A program made the translations under genes and the position numbers. Positions 49,158 through 59,475 of a DNA stretch of 64,000 bases are shown here, one piece after another. This DNA is from an uncultured delta proteobacterium. Its GTDB lineage: Bacteria > Desulfobacterota > RBG-13-43-22. Each line of letters begins with the position of its first letter. Position 1 is the first letter of the stretch. The notes beneath the pieces were generated by a model. That model had not been told where the DNA came from and ran no database searches. It saw only the letters and a program-made list of their open reading frames with translations. The stretch spans positions 32,001 through 96,000 of the forward strand of contig CAVUPH010000042.1 in the NCBI GenBank assembly GCA_963743305.1, given 5' to 3'.

Positions 49158-51824
49158 ATGACCCCGCCCAAGAAGTCCGTTGCAAAAAAAGCGAAACGCG
49201 AAGCCCCTGCCCGGCCCCAAGGGGATGATCAAAAACCCCTAACCGAAGCGGGAAGCAGCCGGGCCCCCCTTTATATTGTCGGCATCGGCGGATCGGCCGG
49301 GGCTTTGGAGGCCTTGGGGCAGTTTTTTCCCAACCTGCCGCCTAACTCGGGCCTGGGATTCGTCGTCGTGACCCACCTCGATCCCACCCATAAAGGGATC
49401 ATGCCCGAATTAGTCCAGCGAATGACACCCATGAAGGTCTTTCAGGCCGATGATAATATGAAAGTCGAAGCCGATACGGTGTATGTCATTCCCCCCAACA
49501 AGGACCTGGCCATCATGAACGGGGTCCTGCAATTACTGGAACCCTCCGCGCCCCGGGGCCTGAGGCTGCCGATCGATTTTTTCTTCCGGCACCTGGCCGA
49601 CGACCAGAAGGAACGGAGCATCGGGATCATTTTCTCCGGCATGGGGAGCGACGGGACCCTGGGCCTGCGTTCCATCAAGGAACAGATGGGCATGGTCATG
49701 GTCCAGGACCCGCGAACGGCCAAGTACGACTCCATGCCCCGCAGCGCCCTGGAGACGGGCCTGACCGATTTCCTGGCCCCGGCCGATGCGCTTCCCGAAA
49801 AACTCATCCAATACGCCGGACATTTCCTTAAAATCAGCCGCACGCGCCCGGCGATAGAAACGAAGTCGTCGAGCGCCCTTCAGAAGACCATGGTCCTGTT
49901 AAGGGGTAAAACCGGCAATGATTTCTCTCTCTATAAAGAGAATTCCATCCTCCGCCGCATCAACCGCCGCATGAGCATCCACCAGATCAGCGACCTGTCC
50001 CAATATGTCATTTACCTGGAGAAAAATCCCCGGGAGATCGGGCTGCTGTTCAAAGAGATGCTGATCGGAGTCACCAATTTTTTTCGCGATCCGGAGGCCT
50101 TCGAACTCCTTAAGGAAAAGGCTGTTATCCCGCTGCTGCAAGGCAAGGAAGAGGGCGGCGTCCTGCGGGTTTGGGTCCCGGCTTGTTCCACCGGGGAGGA
50201 AGCCTACAGCCTGGCGATCCTGATAAGGGAATGCCTGGATCAGAGGCCTCTTTCAAACGTCAAGGTCCAGATCTACGCCACCGATATCGACCCGGAGTCC
50301 ATCACTTTTGCCCGGCATGGCCTTTATCTGACCAATATCGCCGCCGACGTTTCAGAGTTTCGGCTGCAACGGTTTTTCATTAAAGAGGGTACCCATTTCC
50401 GGGTCCGTCAGGAAATTCGGGATATGGTGGTATTTGCACCCCAAAACCTGTTGTCCGATCCGCCCTTCACCAAACTGGATCTGCTAAGCTGCCGAAACCT
50501 GTTGATTTATTTCAACAGCGCCGCCCAAAAAAAAATCCTGCCTCTTTTTTACTACGCCCTGTTGCGGGGAGGGATACTTTTTCTGGGGCCTTCGGAAACC
50601 ATCTCGGGCTATAACGATCTTTTTAACCCGGTGGATTCCAGATGGAAGATTTACAGACGTCGAGAATCCCTATCGGCCACGATGGCTCTCCCCGATTTTC
50701 CGGTCCGGGTCTTTTCCCGGGAAATGACCAAGGTGCGAAAACCGGAAAAACGACCGTCGAATGTTCCTTTGTCTCTGTCGGAAATTCTTCAGGCGTTTAT
50801 CGTCAGCCACCTGGCCCCGCCCGTAGTCGTCACCAATGAAAATGGGGACCTTTTATTCTCCACGCAGCGGGTCGGCAGGTACCTCGAACCCCCGGTTGGC
50901 CGGGCCAGCCTCAATGTCTTCGACATGGCCCGGGAAGGGTTGAAACTGGAACTTTCGGTGGCGGTCCGGAAAGCCATCACCCAGCAAAGTGAAATTCGGG
51001 TGAGGGACATCATCATTAAAACGAACGGGGATCGGGTGAAATTTAATTTGACGGTCAAGCCGCTTCCGGTCCCAGAGGCGCCCTCGGGACTTTTGATTAT
51101 CGTCTTCGAGGAAGTGCCGTTTAAGCTCCCCAAGAAAAGAACCAAATCCCAGTTGGGAAAAGATGCCGACGGGGACAGCCGGATCAGCGAGTTGGAAGGG
51201 GAACTCCGAAATACCAAAGAGAGCCTGCAGACGGCCATCGAGGAGATGGAGACTTCCCAGGAAGAACTGAAGGCGACCAACGAAGAACTGCAGAGCACCA
51301 ACGAGGAGCTGCAGAGCGCCAATGAGGAACTGCAAAGCTCCAACGAGGAACTGAATACCTCCAAGGAGGAGATGCAGTCCCTTAATGAAGAGCTGATGAC
51401 GCTCAATGCCGAACTGCAGACGAAAAACGATGAATTTCTGATGGCGAACAATGACCTGCGGAACCTGTTGGACAGCACCCAGATCCCCACGGTCTTTCTG
51501 GACCATAACCTGAATATCAAGCGATTTACCCAACAGGCCACCATGATTTTCAAGCTGATCCCCACGGATACCGGGAGGCCGATCACCGACATCGTTTCCA
51601 GGCTGCAATACGGGACCCTGGCGCAAGATGTGCGCACCGTGCTGGACAGCCTGGTCCTCGAGGAGAAACAGGTCCAGGCCAACGACGGACGCTGGTATAC
51701 GATGAGGATCATGCCCTCCCGGACCCTGGAGAATAAGGTTGAAGGAGTGGTCATTACCTTCACCGACATAACCGAAATAAAACAAATGAAAGAGAGCGTC
51801 AAACGCGCGAAGGTCGGCGGTTGA
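49158..51824 (+). CDS. CheB-CheR fusion with coiled coil and PAS domain
   Basis: GGSAGA, THLDP, GMGSDG (CheB triad); GVTNFFRD, CSTGEEAYS, SCRNLLIY (CheR); EELQSxNEEL heptads. Confidence 0.95.
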   Translation: MTPPKKSVAKKAKREAPARPQGDDQKPLTEAGSSRAPLYIVGIGGSAGALEALGQFFPNLPPNSGLGFVVVTHLDPTHKGIMPELVQRMTPMKVFQADDNMKVEADTVYVIPPNKDLAIMNGVLQLLEPSAPRGLRLPIDFFFRHLADDQKERSIGIIFSGMGSDGTLGLRSIKEQMGMVMVQDPRTAKYDSMPRSALETGLTDFLAPADALPEKLIQYAGHFLKISRTRPAIETKSSSALQKTMVLLRGKTGNDFSLYKENSILRRINRRMSIHQISDLSQYVIYLEKNPREIGLLFKEMLIGVTNFFRDPEAFELLKEKAVIPLLQGKEEGGVLRVWVPACSTGEEAYSLAILIRECLDQRPLSNVKVQIYATDIDPESITFARHGLYLTNIAADVSEFRLQRFFIKEGTHFRVRQEIRDMVVFAPQNLLSDPPFTKLDLLSCRNLLIYFNSAAQKKILPLFYYALLRGGILFLGPSETISGYNDLFNPVDSRWKIYRRRESLSATMALPDFPVRVFSREMTKVRKPEKRPSNVPLSLSEILQAFIVSHLAPPVVVTNENGDLLFSTQRVGRYLEPPVGRASLNVFDMAREGLKLELSVAVRKAITQQSEIRVRDIIIKTNGDRVKFNLTVKPLPVPEAPSGLLIIVFEEVPFKLPKKRTKSQLGKDADGDSRISELEGELRNTKESLQTAIEEMETSQEELKATNEELQSTNEELQSANEELQSSNEELNTSKEEMQSLNEELMTLNAELQTKNDEFLMANNDLRNLLDSTQIPTVFLDHNLNIKRFTQQATMIFKLIPTDTGRPITDIVSRLQYGTLAQDVRTVLDSLVLEEKQVQANDGRWYTMRIMPSRTLENKVEGVVITFTDITEIKQMKESVKRAKVGG

Positions 51825-51961
51825 AGGTCAACGCTTCACCGGCGACCTCAACCTCCCGGGAGGGGAAGATCATAGCCAGGGTCTTATCTGAAACCTTATG
51901 ATATGGCTCTATTATGAGACTGTTAATAAATGCGTCCCCAAAAACCTGATCGAGGAAAGCC

Positions 51962-54900
51962 ATGAAGAGCAAAAAAACAATCCCAACCGTGAAGCAGCCT
52001 CCCCTCGGCCCGGATTTGCGTCAGCGGGCCGAGGTCCTGATAGAGCAAAAGGGTGGGCTGTCGGCCGGCGAAGATTCCCCCGATTACCGCTTGACGCTTC
52101 AAGAGCTGCAGATTCACCAGGTTGAATTGGAACTGCAGAACCAGGAGCTCCATCAGGCCCATCTGGAAGCCGAACTGGCCCGCCGGAAATACTTCGAACT
52201 CTATGATCTGGCGCCGATCGGGTATGCCTCCTTTAATGAAAAAGGGGCAATCCTGGAGATCAACCTGGCCGGGGCCCAACTCCTGGATCAGGAGCGGAGG
52301 TTCCTGATCGACCGGCGATTTCAATTATTTCTAGCTCCGGAAGCGGTCCCGGCCTTTAACCGGTTCATTCAGGAGGTATTTTCATCCGGCCGGCGACAAA
52401 TCTGTGAAGTGGCCCTGGTCAAAAACGGGGGCCATCCGACCATGGTGCGCCTGGAAGGGGTCAGAATGGAGTCCGGGGAAGTGAATAAGCCTTTCTGCCA
52501 GGCCGCCTTTTTGGATATCACCGAGCAGAAAAAGGCGGAAAGGGCCTTGGTGGATACCGTTGAGCGCTACCAGTCCTTGGTCCAGGCCCTTCCCGGTGTC
52601 ATTTTTGAGACCGACGCCCTGGGGAATAACACCTTTATCAGCGACCGCTGGACTCAATGGACCGGTATGACCCGGGAGGAAACGGTCGGCCAAGGATGGC
52701 GAAAGGCCATTCCTGCCGAGGATGCAGAGGCGGAAGCAAATCGCTGGAGAGAATCGGTGCGCACCGGTCAGCCCCTGAGCTACCAGGCCCGTATTTGCAA
52801 CACGGACGGCCTATCCCGGTGGGTTTTGCTGCGGGCCATGCCGTCCCGAGACAGCGAAGGAAATATCACCCGTTGGACGGGGACCTTGACCGATATCAAC
52901 GACCTGATCGAGACCCAGGAGGCCCTGCAGGCCAAAGAGGCCGAACTTTCGCTGATCATGGATGCGGTCCCGGCCCTGATTGCCCATGTCGATGCCGATG
53001 GCCGCTATCTCCGGGTCAATCGAAACTACGCCCATTGGTTTGGTTCCACGGTCGAAGAAATTCAGGGAAAGCGGATGAGCGATGTTCTCGGGGAGGACCA
53101 ATGGAAACAAATCGAACCCTGGGTGCAAAAAGTCCTGTCCGGGGAAACGATCACCTACGAGCGCCAACTGCCGTTTCAGGGAGGTGCTCGCCGCTGGATC
53201 CGAGCCAGTTACACTCCCGACGTTAACGAAAGAGGCCGGATCAAGGGCTTTGTGGTCCACGTCATCGATATCGAGGATATCAAAAGGGGCGAGGAGGCAT
53301 TGGGAATATCCGAAGAAAATTATCGCCGCATCCTGGAGACGGCCAATGAAGGCATTGTCATCGGATCGTTGAGCGGAAGAATGGACTTCATTAACCAGAA
53401 ATGGGCGGACATGCTGGGTTATTCGAAAGAGGAACTGATCGGCCAAATCGGTCTGGATTTCATGGACGAAGACCAGAAAACTATGGCCTTGGATACGAGA
53501 GAAAAATTGTTAAACGGGGAACGGGTCACCCTGGAATACAAATTTCGGCGGAAGGATGGCTCCGAGTTATGGACGCTTTGCAGTGCATCCCTTTTTAAAG
53601 ACGCAGGAGGGGAACAATTCAGGGTACCTGGGCATGCATGTCGACATTACCGATCGAAAAAAAGCCGAGCAAACGCTTCGCGAAAGCCTGGAGCGACCTG
53701 AACCGGGCCCAGGCCGTAGCCCACACGGGGAGCTGGCGGCTGGACATTCAACACAATGAACTGCATTGGACCGAAGAAACTCACCGCATCTTTGGAATTC
53801 CCTCGGGGACAGGGCTGACCTATGAGGGTTTTTTGGGGACCATTCATCCGGATGATCGGTCCTATGTGGAGCGGAAGTGGATGGCGGCCCTCGACGGGAA
53901 ACCCTACGATATCGAACACCGGATTGTGGCCGACGGAAATATAAAATGGGTGCGCGAGCGGGCTGAACTGGAATTTGACGCGGAAGGAGGCCTTCGGGGA
54001 GGCTTCGGGACCGTCCAGGACATAACGGAGCGAAAAGAAACCGAGGAGAAGCTAAGGAAAAGTGAAACCCGTTTTCAGTTGCTCGCAGTAACGGCCGGGG
54101 CGCTCCTGGCTTCGCCATCACCTCAGCAGGAGGTGGAGGAACTCTGCACCCGGGTGATGGAATATCTGGATTGTCAGGTTTTCTTCAATTTTTTGGTCGA
54201 CGAACCTCGGGGGCGTCTCTCACCTGAATGCCTACGCCGGAATTCCTGAGGAAGAAGCTCGGAAGATCGAATGGCTCGATTACGGGGTGGCTGTTTGCGG
54301 CTGTGTGGCCCGGGACCGAGCAGCGGCTCATAGCCGAAAACATCTTCCAGCAGCCCGATATTCGAACGGACCTGGTCCGGAGCTTTGGCGTTCAGGCCTA
54401 CGCCTGCCACCCGATTATGGCCGGGGATCGTCTGCTGGGCACCCTGTCTTTCGGGACCAAGACCCGATCCTCTTTCTCACCCCGGGATCTGGAGCTGATG
54501 AAAACCGTAACCGATCAGGTTGCGACGGCCATGGAAAAAGTTCGACTGCTGGAGGAGATCCAGGCCGGCCGGGACGAAATGGAGCTGCGGGTCCAGGAAA
54601 GGACGGCTGAGTTGTTGGAAGCCAATCAACGCCTGGCGGAGCAATCCCGCATGCTGGAATCGTTTTTTAAGGACACCATTACCCCCCTGATTTTTTTGGA
54701 CCGGGATTTCAACTACATCCGGGTCAATGAGGCCTACGCCCGGACCTGCCAGCGGGCGGTAACCGATTTCCCCGGACACAACCATTTCGAGTTCTACCCC
54801 CACGAGGAAAATGAAGCTATTTTCCGAAAGGTGGTGGAAACGGGGATCCCTTATCAGGCCCTGGCCAAACCCTTTTCATTCCCGGATCATCCGGAGTGGG

Positions 54901-55724
54901 GAGTAACCTACTGGGATTGGATCCTAACCCCCTTGCCGGACGATCGGGGTGAAACGGCCTTCCTGGTTTTCTCCTTGGAGGAAGTCACCGATCGCCAGGT
55001 GGCCGAGGAGGCGTTGCGTCTGTCTGAACGGGAGCTTCGAACCCTGGCCGGTCAGCTTTTATCTGTGCAAGAAAATGAACGCAAGAAGATTGCCCGGGAT
55101 ATGCATGACGGTTTAGGGGCTTCCCTGAGCGCCATCAAATACAAAATGGAGGATCTGATTCATAAGTTACCTGATCAGGATCTGCGGCAAATTGGAGAAA
55201 CCATGAACTCTCTGATTCCAATCATTCAGGGGATCATCGGGGAATCCAGGAGGATGCAGAATGATTTACGGCCTCCTCTTCTGGATGATCTGGGGATTCT
55301 CCCCACCCTAACCTGGTATTCTCGGGAATTTCAAAAGATATATACCGATATAGCGATAGAACAGCGGTTGGAAGTCCGGGAGGAGGACGTGCCGAATACG
55401 CTGAGGGTCGTTATTTTTCGGATAACCCAGGAGGCCCTGAATAATATCGGGAAGCACTCCCAAGCCACTCATATCCGGATTTCCCTGACCCGGGAGCGGA
55501 ACCAACTGAGGCTGGCAGTAGAAGACGACGGGATCGGATTTGATTTTCAGCGAAGCACTATATTGGACTCCCATCCAATGGGGATGGGTCTTTCCAGTAT
55601 GAAGGAGCGGGCGGAACTATCCGGAGGATCTTTTTCCGTTAAATCGCACCCGGGACAAGGTGCGGTGATCGAAGTCTCCTGGCCGTTGATCAGTGGGCAG
55701 GGGACGGCGGAAAAGGCTGAATAA
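51962..55724 (+). CDS. Multi-PAS/GAF HisKA_3 sensor kinase, split by frameshifts near 53615-53700 and 54225
   Basis: ELQIHQVELELQNQEL, several PAS/PAC, GAF (YACHPI..GTLSF), ERKKIARDMHDGLG, QEALNNIGKH, GLSSMKER. Confidence 0.9.
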
Positions 55725-55855
55725 TACGTTTTTGGTTGTATTTTTCAACCTTTTGGTTAGAATCTCCACCAATTGGTTTTTGATAATTTTAACCGGTGTA
55801 ATCCGTGACCCCGAAATTTTTAGCCCGAGGTATTCCATACTGCCTGGAGGGGAAT

Positions 55856-56518
55856 ATGTCCACCGATGATAAAAAGGGTATTCTTATCGTTGAAGACCAC
55901 ACCATCCTTCGTGAAGGGTTGCGACTCCTACTTTCCTCCCATCCGGACCTGAATATTCTCGGTGAGGCCAGGGACGGCCGCGAAGCGATTTGGCTTGCGG
56001 AGAAGTTTTCCCCGGCCCTGATTCTTATGGACTTGTCCATGCCGCGCATGGGCGGGGTAGAGGCCACCCGGGAAATTAAGAAGCGGTGGCCGGAGATAAA
56101 GATCATCGCCCTGACGGTCAATGATTCAGAGGAAGCGGTGCTGGCCGCTCTCAAGAATGGGGCCGACGGGTATATCTTGAAGGATGCCACCCGGGCCGAA
56201 TTGATCCAGGCCATCGATAGCGTCCTGGCCGGGAAACGGGTGCTCAGTCCAACTATATCGGATAAGGTGATTGAGGGATATCTGGCGGGGAAAAAAGAAC
56301 AGCCTCTTCAGACCCGTTGGGAAATCTTGACCAACCGGGAAAAGGAGATCTTGAAATTGATCGGCGAGGGGCATACCAGCAAGCAAATGGCCGATGACCT
56401 CTGCATCAGCCTCAACACGGTGGAGAAGCATCGGTCGAACCTGATGGAAAAACTGGATTTGCACTCCATTGCCGCTTTGACCTCCTATGCCCAGGAAAAA
56501 GGGCTGCTCGTCAAATAA
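55856..56518 (+). CDS. NarL/FixJ-family response regulator (REC + LuxR HTH)
   Basis: VEDH, LMDLSMP, GYILK, LTNREKEIL, TVEKHRSNLMEKL; RBS GGAGG. Confidence 0.95.
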   Translation: MSTDDKKGILIVEDHTILREGLRLLLSSHPDLNILGEARDGREAIWLAEKFSPALILMDLSMPRMGGVEATREIKKRWPEIKIIALTVNDSEEAVLAALKNGADGYILKDATRAELIQAIDSVLAGKRVLSPTISDKVIEGYLAGKKEQPLQTRWEILTNREKEILKLIGEGHTSKQMADDLCISLNTVEKHRSNLMEKLDLHSIAALTSYAQEKGLLVK

Positions 56519-56671
56519 GACAACCTCGCAAAAAGTCCAAAAACCTGTCATTGCGACCCCGGACTGATCCGGGGAAGCAATCCCCGCCATGGCAACTAAC
56601 TGATTCTTGGGGATTGCTTCGTCGCTTCCCTCCTCGCAATGACAGCACTGGCGACTTTTTGCGAAACCATC
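56519..56671. mobile_element. MITE, copy 1
   Basis: Imperfect terminal IRs (TCGCAAAAAGTC/GACTTTTTGCGA), internal REP-like palindrome, 6 bp TSD AAATAA at 56513-56518 and 56672-56677. Confidence 0.88.
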
Positions 56672-56875
56672 AAATAAGATCGAATTCCAAAAACCGTCAT
56701 CGGTCGCAGGGATGTTCGTCCTGTCTATCTACCTTATAGTACAATATTTTATCGTTACTTCCCTGCCGGGAATGACCGCCGGGGAGACTTTCCATCGAAT
56801 CCTGCCCGCTAACCGCCTTGGATTTTTTTTTCTACCCGACCGACCGGTCTCAAAGGCCCAGCCGGGCCTCTTTCC

Positions 56876-56911
56876 AAAAATACTGTTTAATTCAAAGAAA
56901 AATTACGGTTT
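56876..56911 (+). promoter_or_regulatory. Bipartite motif AAAAATACTGT-N16-YTACGGTTT upstream of hsp20
   Basis: Same motif and spacing on the minus strand at 59396-59431. Confidence 0.6.
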
Positions 56912-57040
56912 GCCGTAATGGTTTAAAAAAAATCGGTGCTTAGAATTATAGTTATAATAACGCCCGGGAGAATTTGGAAGGATGTTTTCTGAAGGACCCT
57001 GCCGAGCGAACAAAATGTCCCTAAAAAAGGAGGAACTGTT

Positions 57041-57490
57041 ATGAACATGCCCTTGATTAAAAGAGAGAGAAGGCCATGGTGGGTTTCGCCATGGGGAGAC
57101 GAAGCCCTGGGAGACGTTTGGTCGGACCGCCTCTTTCCGATATGGCCCAGGATGAAGGGAGAAGAATGGGTCCCCACCTTTAACTTCTTTGAAAAAGATG
57201 GGAACTATCAATTAGAGGCCGAAATTCCGGGAGTCAAGAAAGAAGATATCTCCGTGACGATCGACAGAAACGTCCTGACCGTCAGCGGGAAAAAGGAATC
57301 CACGACCGAGGAGAAAGAGGCCAATTATTATTTGAAGGAATCATCCTACGGTTCTTTTTCCAGGAGCATCCGATTGCCCGGTGAAGTCGAAGAAGGGAAA
57401 GTGCAGGCCAATTTTCAAAACGGGGTCTTAAAAATGACCCTGCCCCAGAAAAAGGCGATCGAATCGAAACAAATCAAAATCGAGGGTTAG
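57041..57490 (+). CDS. Hsp20/alpha-crystallin small heat shock protein
   Basis: AEIPGVKKEDI, LTVSG, YGSFSRSIRLP, NGVLKMTLP; RBS AGGAGG. Confidence 0.95.
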   Translation: MNMPLIKRERRPWWVSPWGDEALGDVWSDRLFPIWPRMKGEEWVPTFNFFEKDGNYQLEAEIPGVKKEDISVTIDRNVLTVSGKKESTTEEKEANYYLKESSYGSFSRSIRLPGEVEEGKVQANFQNGVLKMTLPQKKAIESKQIKIEG

Positions 57491-57493
57491 CTT

Positions 57494-57682
57494 TTGGGAA
57501 ACCTGCAGATCGTCTCTCAACGCAGCGAGTCCTTTCTCAGTAGGGTGGAGGCCGGACGTCTGCTGGCGCGGGAACTCGATTCCCTGCGGGGCCGGAACGC
57601 CGTCGTTCTGGGTATCCCCCGCGGGGGGATTATTGCCGCGGGGGAACTGGCGATAGCGCTGGACGGCGATCTGGAGGAATAG
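57494..57682 (+). pseudogene. Truncated N-terminus of a phosphoribosyltransferase-like protein
   Basis: F.SR.EAGR.LA...VVLGIPRGG..AGELA pattern; stops before the PRPP-binding VDDG motif. Confidence 0.75.
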
Positions 57683-57689
57683 CCGAACC

Positions 57690-57887
57690 TCAAAGCTCCT
57701 CCTCCCAATGGATACAAGAGACGGGGCAGGCCACCATGGCCTCTTCGACACAGCCTTTCGCCCCGCCGCCCTCGGGGGAAATGACCTCCGCCTTCCTTTT
57801 CATTTCGTCCATCCGGAAGATCTCCGGGCATAATTCGGCGCAGGTCTCACAGCCGATGCACACGGCTTCGTCGATAAAGACCTTCAC
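57690..57887 (-). CDS. Monocluster ferredoxin
   Basis: CIGCETCAELCP...CVEEAMVACPVSCI; RBS GAGGTG, GTG start. Confidence 0.92.
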   Translation of the reverse strand: MKVFIDEAVCIGCETCAELCPEIFRMDEMKRKAEVISPEGGGAKGCVEEAMVACPVSCIHWEEEL

Positions 57888-58062
57888 GGGTCACCTCGCC
57901 CGGAAGGACATTGTTGCCCGGCCCAGGGGTCTTCCCGGCGGCTGGGCCCGACCTGACCTTTTCAGGCCATCCCTGGTGATCACTCCAAAGGGTAAGATCG
58001 GACTTGCCCCCAGGGAACCGTTGACATTCCCGGCAGACCAGGAGGCGCTGCTCGCAGCCATT

Positions 58063-58407
58063 TTATTTTGAGGCGGCGGGGGAATATACTTGCAGGCCCT
58101 TGGCATCCTTGATGGCCTTAAAACGGACATAATGCTCATGAATTCGATGCCTGAGGCTTTTCAGCCGCTTCGAATAAGCCTCGGATGAACCCCGGGGCTC
58201 ACTGATGGAAAATACAAAATTCGACAGGTCGTCCATGACATGTTCAATCGCGACCGCCCATTCACCGGTGACTTGAGAAGACATCTGCTCGGCCTCGGTC
58301 AGTTTTTCATCGAGCATCCGGATGGAATTTTCGAGACCGTCCATAAAATTTCCCCAGGCATCATTGACGCAACAAACCAGATCGTTACATTCCATCATTT
58401 GAGTCAT
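58063..58407 (-). CDS. Hypothetical helical protein with Cys-rich N-terminus
   Basis: RBS AAGGAGG; CNDLVCC, SISEPR. Confidence 0.7.
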   Translation of the reverse strand: MTQMMECNDLVCCVNDAWGNFMDGLENSIRMLDEKLTEAEQMSSQVTGEWAVAIEHVMDDLSNFVFSISEPRGSSEAYSKRLKSLRHRIHEHYVRFKAIKDAKGLQVYSPAASK

Positions 58408-58456
58408 GAGCTTCCTCCTTGCTCTTTAGGTTAAAATAAATAAAAGGATTATTCTT

Positions 58457-58610
58457 GACGACCTCGCAAAAAGTCCAAAAACCTGTCATTGAGACCCCGG
58501 ACTTGATCCGGGGAAGCAATCCCCACCATGGTAACTAGCTGATTCTTGGGGATTGCTTCGTCGCTTCACTCCTCGCAATGACAGCGCTGGGGACTTTTTG
58601 CGAAACCATC
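58457..58610. mobile_element. MITE, copy 2
   Basis: Near-identical to 56519-56671; 6 bp TSD ATTCTT at 58451-58456 and 58611-58616. Confidence 0.88.
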
Positions 58611-58654
58611 ATTCTTTAGCTTTAAGCAATGGATAACGAATTCGAAGCGGTATT

Positions 58655-58846
58655 TCAAATTTCCTTCAACAGCAGCAACAGATTGTCCTTTAAGAGATAC
58701 CTTTCCGGCACGGCGCTGAAATTGCTTTGGTATTCGCTTCGTCTCGGGCCGGGATTCGGCGCCATTTCCGTTATTCCTTCTCCTTCCAAAAAATTCAAGG
58801 TCTGGTCATACAACTTTTCTACGTCGCGAACGGCATCCGGTCTCAT
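58655..58846 (-). CDS. Small hypothetical protein
   Basis: RBS GAGGAG; 63 aa; operonic spacing. Confidence 0.5.
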   Translation of the reverse strand: MRPDAVRDVEKLYDQTLNFLEGEGITEMAPNPGPRRSEYQSNFSAVPERYLLKDNLLLLLKEI

Positions 58847-58877
58847 GGATACTCCTCCTCTCTATATTCTTTGTGGA

Positions 58878-59093
58878 TCAATCCGGGATTTTTTTGTAGC
58901 CGGTCCAGCGTTGAAAGCGGCCGATCTCCTTCCCCAATTCCTCGGTCAGGGGAGACCCGTGCGACCGGGCCAGGGTCTTATACAGTTCGATGGCCGGTCC
59001 GGCCAGCAGATCCTGGGCCCGGAGAATAAAGACGGGTTCCCGCTCCCCGATTTTAGGGATATCAATTGGGCCGTACTTGCCAGAGATCGCCAT
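58878..59093 (-). CDS. Small hypothetical protein (EPVFILRAQD motif)
   Basis: RBS AAGGAGG; 71 aa. Confidence 0.7.
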   Translation of the reverse strand: MAISGKYGPIDIPKIGEREPVFILRAQDLLAGPAIELYKTLARSHGSPLTEELGKEIGRFQRWTGYKKIPD

Positions 59094-59337
59094 GGAAATC
59101 CTCCTTGTTCAATTGTTCAACCGGCAGAGCGGGTCCGGATTTAACGGAAGGCGGCTGGTCCTTTAAGATGGCCTTTTGGTGCGGCTCCGAGAGGATCAGA
59201 TCAAAAGCTTCTGTTTTAAGAAGATTGATAGCCGTCTCCAGGGGAACCGAGCTCCGGATGGTGGACCCCGGACGGTAGACCAAATAGGTTACCTCGTATT
59301 CGGGATCGATATGCAGGATTTTAATCGTACGTGACAT
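59062..59337 (-). CDS. Small protein resembling a degenerate receiver domain
   Basis: RBS AAGGAGG; KILHID...ETAINLLKTEAFDLILSEP (Glu at the phospho-Asp position). Confidence 0.55.
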   Translation of the reverse strand: MSRTIKILHIDPEYEVTYLVYRPGSTIRSSVPLETAINLLKTEAFDLILSEPHQKAILKDQPPSVKSGPALPVEQLNKEDFHGDLWQVRPN

Positions 59338-59395
59338 GATTCGGCCTCCTTTAGCTAAAAGAATACCGAAGCCAGGGCTTGAAGGGAATAGGGGG

Positions 59396-59431
59396 AAACC
59401 GTAGTTTCTTAAAAAAAAAGACAGTATTTTT
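59396..59431 (-). promoter_or_regulatory. Second copy of the AAAAATACTGT-N16-YTACGGTTT motif
   Basis: About 60 bp upstream of the ATG at 59337. Confidence 0.6.
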
Positions 59432-59475
59432 ATGGCCGGGAGACCATTATTCGAGGTCGGGGGTCTGAGGACCGG

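Noticed and set aside
51255-51400. 21 bp periodic repeats as a possible CRISPR or VNTR
   Set aside because: They encode the EELQSxN heptads typical of CheB-CheR fusions; there are no spacers or cas genes
56519-58610. Composite transposon formed by the two MITE copies around hsp20-ferredoxin
   Set aside because: Each copy has its own, different TSD on both sides, so they inserted independently
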